A stretch of DNA of 64,000 nt, taken from Gnetum montanum (taxonomy: Eukaryota; Plantae; Gnetophyta). The notes under the pieces were generated by a model. It ran no database searches. It had not been told where the DNA came from and saw only the letters and a list, made by a program, of their open reading frames with translations. The DNA lies in contig MNCI01001630.1 in NCBI GenBank assembly GCA_015680685.1, forward strand, positions 1,004,975 through 1,068,974, written 5' to 3'. The position numbers and the translations under genes are program-made. Within the stretch, counting starts at the first letter, position 1; every line of letters begins with the position of its first letter. This document shows positions 36,983-51,188 of the stretch, one piece after another.

Positions 36983-39121
36983 TGATGGGTCACAATATCG
37001 CATAGGCCGCGATATCGTGTACGTGATATCACGTCCACCACGATATCGCATCCCCCATATGTGATATCACAATCTACCATAATGTCTATAAATAAGAAGC
37101 AACTCTCCCTTGTTTTCAAAAAATAGGTTAGATTGTAGGAAAACTTTGGTAGTTTGATCCCTTTAGAGATAGATTATTTTCCCGTGTCTACCTGCAGTGT
37201 GGTGAATGTAACTGTACGACATCCTTTATTCAAGTGTGACGTACTTGGACATGCACATGATCAGTAATAAAGATTGAGATTACTTCATCATTGCAACATT
37301 CACTTTGTTATTTATTTATTCATTTAATTGTTATTTACTACTTTCCTAATTAGTTTCTCATGCTTATCTCCTAGTAACATAGAATGAGTACTACTTGATT
37401 ACGAGCATTTAAGTGTGATTACTTGGTAACCCAGTGGCGTACCTAGGATCTGCGCTTGGTAATCCCAGTGGTATTCATGCATGAAGTCCAAGATGTGTAT
37501 GGATAATCAAGAAATAGATGCTCATCGCACTTAGGCTAGATTAGATTCTTTTACCTTTCCTTCCTAGCTTAACTTAGTTAATATTATCTTCCATTGCCTC
37601 AAGAGTAGCATTAGATTAGGAATACATCATACACCTCACTCTGGACTAAACGATACGTGACAAATATAATACTAGTCCAGGTGGGAAGACAGCGAACTGC
37701 GACCTAAGGCTAACTATCTAGGTGCCACACCTAGTCCATCTGCGGAGTTTGACTAGATCATGTGTGAGAACACTCGTATTCATATGGTTGAGTGTAGGGG
37801 TATCTCACCACTCATCATTGGCACCGTTGCCAGGGACGGTGCTAGTTATCTAGATTAGTTATATCATACAAGGTCACTATATAAAAATTAATGATATATC
37901 TCTTAGAAAGAAGTATAAAAAGTCACATAAATTAACACACAACAATGCCTCTCCTACAAGATGATAATAATGCCACACTTAGTGAGGAAGTTCATTGGAG
38001 AACCAATGAACTATATGACAATGAAGATTGGAGTATGCAAACCGAGGTGGGGGTTTCTTATAAACATGAACAAAAACAACGTCATCACAACTCATGAAAG
38101 CATAACTTACCTGATGACAATGAACCCCTACTGGCCACTACAAGCTTAACGTAAATACAAGAGGCTATTCGAATCTCACGTAGGCATTGTCAAGAGAGGC
38201 ATCTACCCAGGCTCGATTTAAACAACTTTCCAAAATTTTTAGGAGGCTATGACTTAGATCCGCATCAACATTTACAAGCCTTCTACGATGCCTGCATAGG
38301 GAACAACATTGATAATAGTTGGAAAAAACTTAAGCTCTTTCCTATGACACTCGTTGACCAAGAAAAATTATGGTATAGATCATTAAAACCAAATTCAATA
38401 TGATGTTGGTCAATAATGGTAGAAGTATTTAATGAAAAATATCAAACCTATGCAAGAGTGTTAGCCTTGAGGAAACAAATCCAAGGATGGAAACAAGCAT
38501 AACATGAACCCTTGGACATGGCCGCTAGGAGAGAAAGGATAAAAGAATCTAATCTAGCCTAAGTGCAATGAGCATCCATTCCTTGATTATTCATACACAT
38601 CTTGGATTTCGTGCATGACTACCATTGGGATTACCAAGCGCAAATCCTAGGTACACCACTGGGTTACCAAGTAATCAAACTTAAATGCTCGTAATCAAGT
38701 CTTACTCATTCCACGTTACTAGGAGATAAGGGTGAGAGACTAATTAGGAAAGTAGTAAATAACAATTAAATGAACAAATAAATAACAAAGTGAATGCTGC
38801 AATGATGAAGTAATCTAGATCTTTATTGCTGATCATGTACGTGTCCAAGTACATCACACTTGAATAAAGGATGCTGTACAATTACATTCACCACACTGCG
38901 GGCAGACAAGGGAAAATAATCTATCACTAGAGGGATCAAACTACCAGAGTTTTGCTACAATCTAACCTATTTGTTAAAAAAGGGAGACCTGCTTCTTATT
39001 TATAGACATTGCGGTGGATTATGATATTGCGTACGCAATATTGCAGGGGATGACGTGATATCACGTATGTGATATTGTAGGGGATGCGATATCACGGTCT
39101 ATGCAATATCAGATCCCATCA
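36983..39121. mobile_element. Composite Athila-like insertion: full LTR (36983-37817), tRNA-Asp PBS (37819-37836), gag start and inverted partial LTR (38524-39121)
   Basis: Ends are TGATGGG...CCCATCA. 38524-39121 is the reverse complement of roughly 36983-37568. Flanks ACGTG (36978-36982) and ACATG (39122-39126) look like a 5-bp TSD. Confidence 0.85.
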
Positions 39122-42100
39122 ACATGCCTACCAAAGAGGTAAGGGCAAAGCTACTGCCATAGAGGAAGTTGTAGAAATCGACTCTAATAATGAAATTGAT
39201 TATGAAATTTGTCAATATGAACATCCAAAGGGATGTTGCGTTTTGATGTCACACTTACAAGATCTTGGGATGTATTCATTGAACCCTCAACTAACGCATA
39301 AGCAAGTACCTAAACAATTACCTTATCCTTAGGGCAATCCATGATAGTTCTATTAGCAACAACAAGCTTATTATCCAAGTGGAGCTCCACCACAACCATA
39401 TGAGTAATACCAATAATGGCATTAACCAAAATCATAGGGAATGCCACTACCAAGGTAGTAGTACCCTTAGAGGAAACTAGATCCATATGAATACTATGTT
39501 TAGCAACCCGTATTTCCAAAGATTTTTGCAAGTCATACCTCATTTCATCATCACTATTACCCTTTAGAGTACCACAAAATACATTCACCATCTACTTGAG
39601 GAGAAAACCCATGTCCATACCACCCTCTATAGTTGTTTGCACACACACCTTCACCTTCAATCCAGTTACCTCCTGCTCCATCCATGTAGGGTGAGAGTCC
39701 TTCACAGCTGCAACAATGAAATGCTACAAGGGCTATACATTCACAACCTAGTACAGCTGATTGCCTTGCATCTTTAGTATCCTCATCCTATACATCAAAT
39801 ACCTTCAAGTTTTCTTCAAACCAAACATCACCTTAGATTTGCTCTCTAATGCTAACTCATGTTGTTTTCGATTGGATCAAGGCTGGAAATCTTCCCATGA
39901 AAAGATATGACTCACGAATTCCTCTCATTTACTTATAGATTGTTGGACATGAGACATGTAAGGCTCTTCTTGATTTTGGTTCCAATGTCAATCTCATTTC
40001 CCATGACATGTACAAGGCATGGAACCTACCACCTCTTAAGAAGCAACATCCATCTAGAATTGGTAGAGCAATCAATCACTATTTCTTTGGGATTAGTGAA
40101 GGACATTGTGACCATAGTTAGTGGGTGGTCCTATCCTGCTAATTTTCTAGTGATCAAGATTGAAAACTGCAAAGGTAACTTTACCATAATTATGCAAAGG
40201 TTAAGCATGGTCAATGCATGTATGGGCATAAGAGGCCTCTCCTTGGAAATCTTCAAGGAAAATGGATTTGAAAAGTTAGAGAAGAAGAATATTCCATGCA
40301 TCACACACAATAATAACAAGTGCAATTATGTGTAAAAGATTTGATCCATCAAAAGGACATACATTAATATATTCAAAGGTGTCTATATATAGTAGCCATA
40401 AAATAGGAGGGAACCTAATGGCTAATAGCTGACTTGAATAGTAGCACATTATGCATGGAACCAACTAAGAACCTAACATGTGATTATGTTAAAAACATGG
40501 ATAAACTTGAGCAATTTCATCACCAACTCTCTGATGATGAAAATGATGACACCTATTAGGAAGAGTTGGAAATCACTGATAACTTAAAGAAACAGATCCT
40601 AGAACTAAAAGCCCTACTAGCTGGCATGGAATATACATTTTTAAATAATGGTAAACTTTTCATAATTAATGCCAAACTTGCTCTTCAAAAAAAAAAAAAA
40701 GAAAAACTATTAAAGGTAGTTAACAAATGGCCAACAAACTTTGCTTGATCATATCTTGAGCTAGTAAGAATATATCCAAGGATATGCTAGCATCACATTT
40801 ACATTGACTTAGCCATGAAGCTAAGAAGGCAATCATAGAGGTGGCTAGACCCAAAATTGAAGAAGATCATCAAGGAGGAAATAGAGCAACTCCTCAAGGT
40901 AGGGTTCATCTACCCCATCACAAATAGTAAGTGGGTTAGCCCACTCATAATTTTGCCAAAGAAATATGGTAAGTGGTAAGTCTATATCAATTGTAGGCTG
41001 TTGAATATGGCCATGTTTAAAAATCATTTTCCATTGCCATTTGTGGATTAAGTGTTGGACACCATATTTTGGCATTGCTATTATAGCTTCTTGGATGGTT
41101 ATAGTGGGTATAACCAAATCCAGATTGTGCCAGAAGATTAGGCCAATACAACATTCACATGTCCTTGGGGGAGTTTTGCATATTGTAAGATGCCATTTGG
41201 TCTATTTAATGCCCTTGTAATATTTCAATGCCTAGTCTTTAGTATTTTCCAACAGCAAATTGATAGTGGTGTGGAAGTGTTCATGGATGACTTATCCACC
41301 TATGGAGCTATGTTTGAGCAAGCCTTAGACTACCTTGAGTAAGTATTGAAGAGATGTGTTCAAACAAACTTATAGGTCAATTGGCAAAAGAGTCATCTCA
41401 TGGTCCAAGAAGGCATTATGTTGGGTCACTGAATTTCACAAGAAGGGATTGAGGTAGACCTAGAAAAAATAAGGGTCATCCATGGAATTACATGTCAACC
41501 AGAGATAGTCAAGGATATTAAATCATTCCTTAGACATACTAGCTACGATTTATAGCGAATTTCTCTAAGATCACAAAGCCATTGGTTGAGCTTACAAAGA
41601 AGGATGCTCTATTCATTTGGACTAAGGAGTGCAAACATGCATTCCAACTACTAAAGGAAAAACTTGTAGAAACTCTAATTCTATAGGCACCAGACTATTC
41701 CAGACCATTTCACATAATGATGAATGCATCTAATTATGCTTTGGGAGTGGTGCTTACATAGTTGGATGATAAAAAATGTCCATATTATATTTATTGCATG
41801 AGCCGAAGCATTGTGGGTGCATAGTTGAATTGTACCACAATTGAAAAAGAACTAATGGTAGTGGTGTATGCTCTTGAAAAGTTCAAGCACTATGTGCTTG
41901 GATATAAGTATTTGTGCACACAGATCATAGTGCCATCTGCTTCCTGATGAATAAGTTGACAGTGAGCCCTCATATCATATGGTGGCTCATGATCTTACAA
42001 GAATTCGATCTCACGATGGTAGAATGAAAAAGGATCGAGAATGTGATCATTGAACATCTCTCTTGATTAAGATGGGATAATAAAGAGGAGGAGAGCCTAC

Positions 42101-45100
42101 TCTTTGATCAGTTTCTAGATAAACTTCTCTTTACAAGAGTATGAAATGACCAAACACCCATAGAAACAACATGGTATAATGGAATCTCACCTATCTTCTT
42201 AGTTAGGAGATGCCATAAGATCTTGACTTTAGAAAGAATCAACAATTTATTCATCGAGCCAAATACTTCATGGAAATCAATAGACACCTTTACAAGGTGT
42301 GTGCCAATGGCTTGATTCGTTGGTGTGTCCCTGATGAAGATCAACTACGCATTCTCTAGGATGCTCATGAAGGGCCTTGAAAAGATCACTATGTAAGGAG
42401 ACACACAATCATAAAAATCATGATGGAAAGATACTATTGGCCTATAATCTTCAGGGATTCCCACTAATTTTTCCAATCTTGTGAATGTTGTCAACAAGAT
42501 GGTGGGATGACCACTTGAATGGAAGGTCCTCAGTAGGGGATTCAACCACTTGAGCCTTTTGACATATGGGGTGTTAAATTCATGTGTCCCATCATACCCA
42601 TGTCCATTTAAAATGTGTATATCATCATAGTAGTCGACTACTACACAAAATGAGTACAAATAGAAACCATTGTTGATTGTACATCATCCACTGCTACTAG
42701 ATTTGTACAAAAAAATGTTGTAAATAGGTTTGGGGTGCCACATGCACTAATTTCTAATAATGGAACTCATTTTACAAGTTCCACTTTTAGAAATTTGATG
42801 CAACACTTGGGGGTTGAACATAAATTGACAACACCCTACAAACGCCAAGCCAATGGTCAAGTAAAGGTAACTAACTAGGAGATCACAAACATCTTAACAA
42901 GAACAATAAGAAAATATAGAAGAGATTGGAGTAGCAAACTCAATGATGCTTTCTAGGCCTATTTCTCAACATGAAAACTTCCTATTGGCTACTCTCCCTA
43001 TGCATTAGTGTATAGAAAAAATCCAATGCTCTTGATTTAGTTTGATCTCCATACACTCTCAATAGTCTATGATCTAGATCTTGACCTAAGTCTAGCATAA
43101 AAAGAAAGATTGATCAACCTAAATGTGCTAGATGAAAATTGATTGGTGGCCCTATCTTTGAATGAGGTACACAAGGCATTCAACAAGTAATGCCATGACC
43201 TCAAAATATGAAAAGTAACATTTCAACTAGGAGATAAGATTCTCTATTGGAACCGCACATACATTTCCTAGAAGACAAAATTCTAAACATTGTGGAAGGG
43301 ACCTTATATAATTGATCAAACCTTTTCCTTTAGGGCCATGATAATATACAAATCTAAAAGCCCAAATAAAAAGTAGTTGGTCAACATCTAGCAAGTGAAA
43401 CCTTTTCTAGAGCCAGGACAAGCTAGTGTAACTACCACCTCAATGAATGGACAACCACATTCCATTTTAAAGATCTCCTCCTTCCAACTCAGTTGTGGGG
43501 TAGATGGCTATCTGTGTTAATGATCCATTTGGTTTCTCTATTTTTCTACTTTTTTTTTCACGTTTTTGATTTTATAAGTTATTTATTTTACAAATTTTTT
43601 ATTTTCAAATTTTTCTTAATTTTGCACCATTGTTAATACCTTTAAATGTTTCTTGATTATTTTACACTTTCTCATATATTTTACTTTGTTTTGTTTAGGT
43701 GTGGCTTTTCATTATTTTTTTTGATAAAATTTTTTTATTGCCATAGGACATAGTGCCATTGTTGTTGTTTACTAATGATGGTTTGTGCTTAATGTTGTGG
43801 TTGTTGATGTCTAGTTTTAATTTTTGAATTCTGATGTCTGATGACTATGACATGGTTTATTTTTCATGGAATAGGTAGTGAGTCCATGTCATCCACCCAT
43901 CCAATAAACTCTATGGTTTTCCTTGTTCTGGGAGTTCGAGGTTCCTTCTATTAAAGAAACTTTTAATCAATTGGTGACCTTAGTAGTTCTAGAATTGGGA
44001 AAGATTCAAAGGTTTGTAGAGGGTATGACTTCAAGGGGACTTAATACTCCTTGTACTCTTTTTCTTACTTAAGTGCTTATGTGTTTTTCATGAACTTCTT
44101 ACCATTTCATTCCATCCATTAATAGGAAGTCAAATAAAATTTTTATATGGTGTGGTTTCCATTCGAAAAAGGAAGAAAAAAGAAAAAAAAAAGATAGAAA
44201 AATAGAAAAAAATGATGGGAATTCAAAGCACACCCCTTAGATAAATAAATGGGCTATAAGCACTAGTTATGGAACTATAAAGACATGCACCCATGCCTGA
44301 AGGTCCCCTCTAACTAAGGCCCTCTATCTCTTCCTTTCTACTTCTATTTTCTTCTCTTTTTGGAATGATGGTTGTTTTATGGGAGCACTCTCATGTCTTG
44401 GGTGAGCAAATCAGTCTTGGAGTGGCAATGCAAAGTCATTGAAAGGGGTTGGTTTTGATTTGGACTAAGTGTGGATCTTCTCAGGTCACTTTAAACACAA
44501 ATTCTACAAGGGACTTTTTATGACCTCAATTCAGAATCCCATTTCACCTTCTCCCCCATCCATCCATGCTACCATAATTCAACTCACTATCGAGTTCTAT
44601 GTTATGTTGTATGTCTTAGTTTGATGTGTTTGAATTCTTGAATAGATTCTTTTTGGTTGATCCTTAACTTTTCGTGACCTTAAATTAACTATGGGGCCCA
44701 TGGACTCCTTAGTTGAGGTTATGCAAGGGCAACAAGGGCATGAGCCTACTATGGGGAGGATCCACTTGCATATCTCTTGGTTTGGTTAGTTTGGTTCCTT
44801 ACCTTAGACATTACTACAATTCTATCTTTTTCATATTCCATTATGTAAATCACTATGTGCTTCTTAATCTCTTAATTTCCACGCTCTTTCTTCATTTTCT
44901 TAATTTTCTCAATTTTTAGGACTTCAACACCCCTTCTCATATTTTCATCATGTTCATGGTAGTTAGGGCTTTCATTTGATCCTAATTTCATTAAAAATCT
45001 CTTTGTAATTTTCAAGTTTTGACCAAGTAAACTAAAGTCAAGTGGTCAATAGTTGTGTTGATGAGGCCCCATCAATGTAGCTGACTGCATCAATGAGATC

Positions 45101-45587
45101 CCATTAATGCATAACAAAAAATCTATATACACTACTACACACTTTGCAATTTTTATCATTTTCTTCATAATGCTAGGGGAGTTTTTGCCATTTTTCAAAG
45201 CCCAAAAAATTCCAGAGCCCTTAACTTCCCAACCATTTGTCCAAATTACTTTATTCTTTGATCTCGTAGTTACCGGAGGTAAGCTCTTTATCATGGGGGC
45301 TACAAACCTTAAGGTTTTTGATGAAATTTTTGAAAATTTTTCTAACTCCCCCAAAGGGTTAATAAATTTAACAATATACAAACATCAATTTTTTCAAGAG
45401 TTAACTCTTCCAACATCCTTTGGGATGATTTATTAACAATAATAGATAAATAAAATAATGATTGAAGTAATCAAATCAACCATAATTACAACTTAGCCAA
45501 GTGCAACTATCCTAAAGAGATATAGGTATCCTAATTATTTCATGTTACACAAAAAATTTCTAATCCATGGTCTTATTGTGATTATAG

Positions 45588-47636
45588 ATGTTACCAAGAC
45601 CAAAATGACTGCAAGAATGAGAATCCTCTGAACTAAGGGAGACATGGCCTAGAGCTAGAAGGGGCCAACAAGAACAAGCCCAAGAACCACTAGAGGCAAC
45701 CCATGCAATGGGACCTCTTCATGAGGAGCCCAAAGTGGAATCTATTCGATAGATTCTAGAAGAAGAAGTGCCAGTAGGGTAATCATAATGATGGGAAGCA
45801 CTAGGACCCATGCCAAGGCTTGAAGTTACATTAACTCAACTTTTCCTTGACATCATTAGACCTTGAGAGATTCAATGCTCAGTTCTCTAAGAACTAAACT
45901 TTGGGCCATTTCTAGAGAAAGCTCCAGCAGAGGTCAAAATACAATTACAAACCTCTCCCATGTGGCCAATTATCACCTCTAGTGGAAAGTGGTACATGGG
46001 AGAGACATATCTCTTCTAGAACAATAGAAGACCAAGGTCCATAGTAAAAATCAAGGATATTTAGATGTGCTACTCAGTTGAGGCTATTGTACAGGCACTA
46101 GGGTTGCAAGATATTGGAATAGTTGGTAGACCTATCAATGCAAGGTGACCTTGAGGCAAAAAAGGAGTGGACTTAGTGTTGTTATAGGATGAACCGTAAG
46201 GAGTTTGGCATGCTCACATTAGTGGAGTGCATCTACTTCAAGATAGTGACTTATCACCTCAATATAATGATGAGGCTTAGCAAGGTTACTACCTTTTCCA
46301 CCCAAGAATGTGCTACTCTAAGTAGGAGATTTCCTGTAAACCTTCCATAATTGATCTATTTAGATATTGGAAAATGCTTCAAGGAAAATGAACGTGGAAG
46401 GAAAACCTTTCTCTTTTCATGCCACGCCTAGAAACTTTGCAAAAGGATAGGAATTATCCACTACACCAATGAGACAATTAGACATGCTCCTTTGTCTCCA
46501 TGGCCTAAAATCATGAAAGAAAAGACTCCTAACACAATTAAAGAAGAGGAGAAACTGCCATCTCCACTGCCTACTCAAGAAATAATGCTGGAGGCCTACA
46601 TAGCCATTCAGTGCTTACGTAAAATTTAAGAGTAGCCCTTGCATGAGTAGGAGTAGCATGTAGGGATGAGTAGTGCAAATGCATCTGTGTATTGACCAAT
46701 GATGAGTCACCTTAATGATGTGGTTTGAAAAATTAGACAAATGGAAAGGGATGGGTGAATATTCTTTGCCCAACAAACATAGTTTCCTGCAAGGTCTGAT
46801 CCCAATGCTTGAGAGGTAATGGTGTCATTATCACAACACCATTTATTCCCAAAAGTCTTTGGGAATGCTACCTCCTTCTTGGTGCATTTGAAGGAAGGTG
46901 AAGGGGCCACTGTATTGGTGATGTAGCACTAAGGATAGGAGACTATGACTGAAGTAGTTGCTGATTGCATTGCCAAAGAACTTAATGCACTTGCAGTGTC
47001 TGTACTAGACACATTTGTACTTCAAGATGTGAAGACATCCATAAGCATAGTTAACAAAAAATTTAATGTAGCCCTAGCATGAAGAATTGCTAGATCGACT
47101 AGTAGGGACTAGGTAACCGATTCCAAATATCTTTGATTTTTTAGATAACATCACCACAACCTAGTTAGAGTTGCTAGAAGCAAGGGGAAAATGTATCATC
47201 TTAAAGGGTTAACTTGAAATGACTCAAGCATAGAATAAACGCTTGGCCACAGAGGTTGCCAATTTATGTTCCCATCTTGCTAATCCTATACTCCTCAGCC
47301 TAAAATAACCAGAGATGAAGCTTTCCAATAGTTTTAAGAATGATTTAGGAAGGTTGATGAGGAAGTGGTGATGACCATCTTTAACTAGTCTGTAGTAGAA
47401 GTGAAGACATATTTAGTTTAAAAGGACTTGGTTCAGATGTGTTAGGAGAATGAAGCAATGACTGTAGAAAATCATTGCCTATGCAATGTCGATGCTCAAA
47501 AAGAAAAAATACAGAAACTCATTCATCAATAGTAGGAGTAGCTAGCCAGGGTGAATATTGAATTAAGGAAATTAGCTGTAGAAAATTGCAATCTATCTAT
47601 GGAAGAAGTTTGTGCCTTACGCTAGAAATCTAATTG
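45588..47636 (+). pseudogene. Athila accessory (env-like position) ORF A, decayed
   Basis: Starts right after acceptor-like GTGATTATAG|ATG. Translates to FGPFLEKAP...SPMWPIITSSGKWY...YSVEAIVQAL and C-terminal LARVNIELRKL...LSMEEV, with many stops. Confidence 0.6.
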
Positions 47637-48426
47637 ATGAAAAATTCTTACATTATAATAATAATTCATGATTAAAAATCCTTTGGACTATCTTTATACC
47701 TTCTAGAATATCAATTTGACTCAATTTTTCCATCAAAAATAACTCAAAATATTGAATTTTTTCATGGTGATATCATACATATGATGTATGATGCCCTACG
47801 ACATTGCATCAATGATGGTGTACCTACCATGTATCCCATATAAACTCCTATATGTACATGAGGAGTTATAAATTTTTCATTTCCTTCATTTCACATAAGG
47901 AGAGTTCATACTATTTTTCTAATCCTTTGACACCCAAAATTGAAAGCCTTATAACTTCCTCATCATAACTTTAATTTGCATGATTCTTGTACCCTTTTGT
48001 TTAGAGAGTGACCAACTTAGTCATGGGGGAGAGTGCTATACATAATTTATGTAATTTGCACCAAATTTTTCTAATGCCTAGAAGAACATATTAAGGGTAA
48101 GAATAATAAGAATTAATTATATTTTAATTAAATAACCAAATAAATGATAATGAGCTTAACAATCCTTTCCAATCAATCATTTAAACACACATTAAACAAA
48201 AGATCAACAATTATGAGAGGTTATAAAGAATAAAAAAATTAATGAATTACAATAATCAAGGGTTTCCTTTTAAAATTTCTCTAACTCTAAATTCCTAATG
48301 AACACTAAAAAGTAATAACAATGATATATTTTGATCAAATCCAAGAACCTAAGAGAAGGTTTTGAACTGTTAGGAACTTATTTGAAATCCTTGGGGTAAT
48401 CACAGAAAAATTCTTTATGATTAGAG

Positions 48427-51188
48427 GTGGCTTCTAAAAGACCTGTAGCTAATGGACCCTCATAATAAATGGGTAATAATCCCAAAGGAAGAAGACATGT
48501 TGGAAAGCAAACTCTGCAAGATGAGCAAGAGGCCTAGTCCTATAGTATCAATTAGTCCACACCTGTGACAAGGAAATCTATGTAAGTCGAAGTTGGTGTA
48601 CCACTAGCTAAAGAGTAAGGACAACACCTCAAGCTATTGGATGAGTGCCTCCAAGCCATCCAAGAGAAATTTATGATGTCCATAGTCATAGTGGAATTAA
48701 ACTTTGGACCATTCATGAAGTTTATCCCTATTGATGTTTAAGAGAAACGCCAAGCTTCTCCTCTTTGGCCCATGCTATCATGCAATGGTAAATGGTATTT
48801 GGAAGAAGTGTATAAATTTTGAAAGAATAAAAAAGATGATGCTATAGTTAAGATTGAAGGAATCATAGTGCCATATTCAATTGAGGCGATACTCAAGGTA
48901 CTAAATATTTCTAATGTCAAAGCCAACATTGCACAAATATCTACAAGGTTTGACATAGATGTAAAGAATTTATGGCTATAAATTTTCTATTGGAAAATTG
49001 AGAAGGAATATAGTGGATTGTCTAGTATAGAGAAAATTTATTTCAAAATTAGGACCTATCATATCTTCCTAACCAAAATATTGAATAGAATTTCCACCTA
49101 TGCCATCAAAGGAAATGTTATCTTAATGGGGAAATTCCAACCTAATATGGATCATTTATTATTTTTGAAAATCCAAAGGAGATTTAAAGAAAAGAAGGTA
49201 GGGAAACTCTCCTTACCATTTCCTTACTTTATTAGAAGATAGTGTAGACAAGCAAGAATTTTGGGCTACACAAATAATATTCTTTGTGAAGCCTAGAATG
49301 CTTCATATGTTGAAATTTCAAAATCAGTGCCACCTAAGAAGGATCAAGTAGAGAAACCAACAAGCACTAAGGGAGTAGTTAAGTCTACACTAGCAAGAAA
49401 TTTTCTAGCCATAGAAATAGCAGAACCAAGTGGATCAACACCAATTGCTGATAGACTAGCATCAAGTGCTCCACTATCATAGCAAGAGTATTGATACTCA
49501 ATGAGCCATTTGCAACAAATTTCTGAAACTATAAGCTATGGAAATAGAGAGATCTACAACATGTATAAAGTGCAAGATAATCCAATTAGACCTACCATAT
49601 CATTAGTACTAACTAGTGATCAAATCTCATTACAAGCAAGAGAAGATGAAGATTGGGTATAATAGATATTTGGGAATGTTTCATCCTTCTAGGTTTTGCT
49701 AGAAATAAGAGAAGGATCCACAGTAGTGGTGATGCAAAACTAATATGCAATAGAAGTAGTAGAGATTATCATAGATCATATTAGAAAATCCTTTAATATT
49801 CCTATTGTGCCATTAGTTGATATGACTAGAGCTAAAGATGTTGAAACCATAGCCAAAACATCCATGATCCCACAAGAACATGAAGATATTCTAGATCAAT
49901 TGCTACAAACTAGACAAGTGATGAAAAATATTTTTGATATCCCAAGTGGTACCACTATAGTGCATTATGAAATGATTTCAATTAAGGGCAAGCTAGTAGT
50001 GATAGAAACTAGAGTAAAGCACACAAAAAATAAAATGCAAAGGTTACAAGTAGAGTTAGTTGTATTAAGAGTAGAGAGGAAAGACCCTACATAATACATT
50101 ACATTTGATTAGCTACGATAATTTAGAACTGAAAAAATAGACCAACTAATGACCAAATATACCTAGATGGAGATGGAAAATGAAAAGGAAACATGAAATG
50201 CCTTAATGGTGGAAGCACAAAACTATGCTCATGCCAAAGCCTTGACTACTCTAAAGAAGAAAATAAAAGAATTATTGCTAAAAATATGAAGTTTAATGAC
50301 ATTGATAAGCAAAAGAATGTGCTATAAGAAAGTGTTTATCAACTAAAGGATTAGTTTGCTAGAGTCAACCTTAACATGAGAAAATTGACTAGAGACAAAA
50401 GGATCCTATCAATGGAAGAAGTTCATGTAATATGAGAGAAGTTAGCTATTGAAATCAGCGCATGGTGGAATGAGGCCATGAAACATGAATGGCTAAAAGA
50501 GTACTTCAAGGATCAAGTGGGCATGTAGAAGAAAATAAATGAAAAAGAGATGATGGCCAAATTCAAGATCAACTTAATCACAATACAAAAACCTAATTAC
50601 TAGCCAATATTGGATAGTCTTTCCCATGTTCACTAAGATAAAATAAAAAATAAAGACTTGTAGATAGAGGATCTAATAGAGTACATGAGATTAGCAAATC
50701 TGAGCTATGCTAATCTAGCCATGTTGATAGTAGGTAGGCCTCGAATATAACTAGAGCAACAAGTGGTTACAATGTATGCACTATATGAAAAGGAGTTTGT
50801 AGATAAAAAATATTCATAAGAAAACTTTCCAATTGCAAAATCCAAACTTCAAGTGGTCAATGCTAGATACCAAGATCAAAAAGATGTAGCAACAAATTTG
50901 GCTAGGAGAATGATAAACTACTAGAACTTGAAAATGATAGCCAAAGTGTTACAAGAAGAATATAGGTGGTTTCTTGTTTGGTATATCAAAGCCAATAAAT
51001 TTTTTTTACAATTTTCATGCCCATGGAAAGTATTGACTCTAGCAAACATTGTTAAATTCACTTGGATAGTACATGATCCAAGATCAAAGGTAGAAAATCT
51101 TTGGGTGCTACTCAACTGATACTAATTCCATAAGCCCAATGACAAAAGAAAAAACCTAATTGAAGAGCCACCACTACCTAAAATATAA
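48427..51188 (+). pseudogene. Athila accessory ORF B, decayed paralog of ORF A with a long coiled-coil-like C-terminus
   Basis: FGPFMKFIP...SPLWPMLSCNGKWY...YSIEAILKVL; FARVNLNMRKL...LSMEEV; ends IEEPPLPKI*. Confidence 0.6.
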
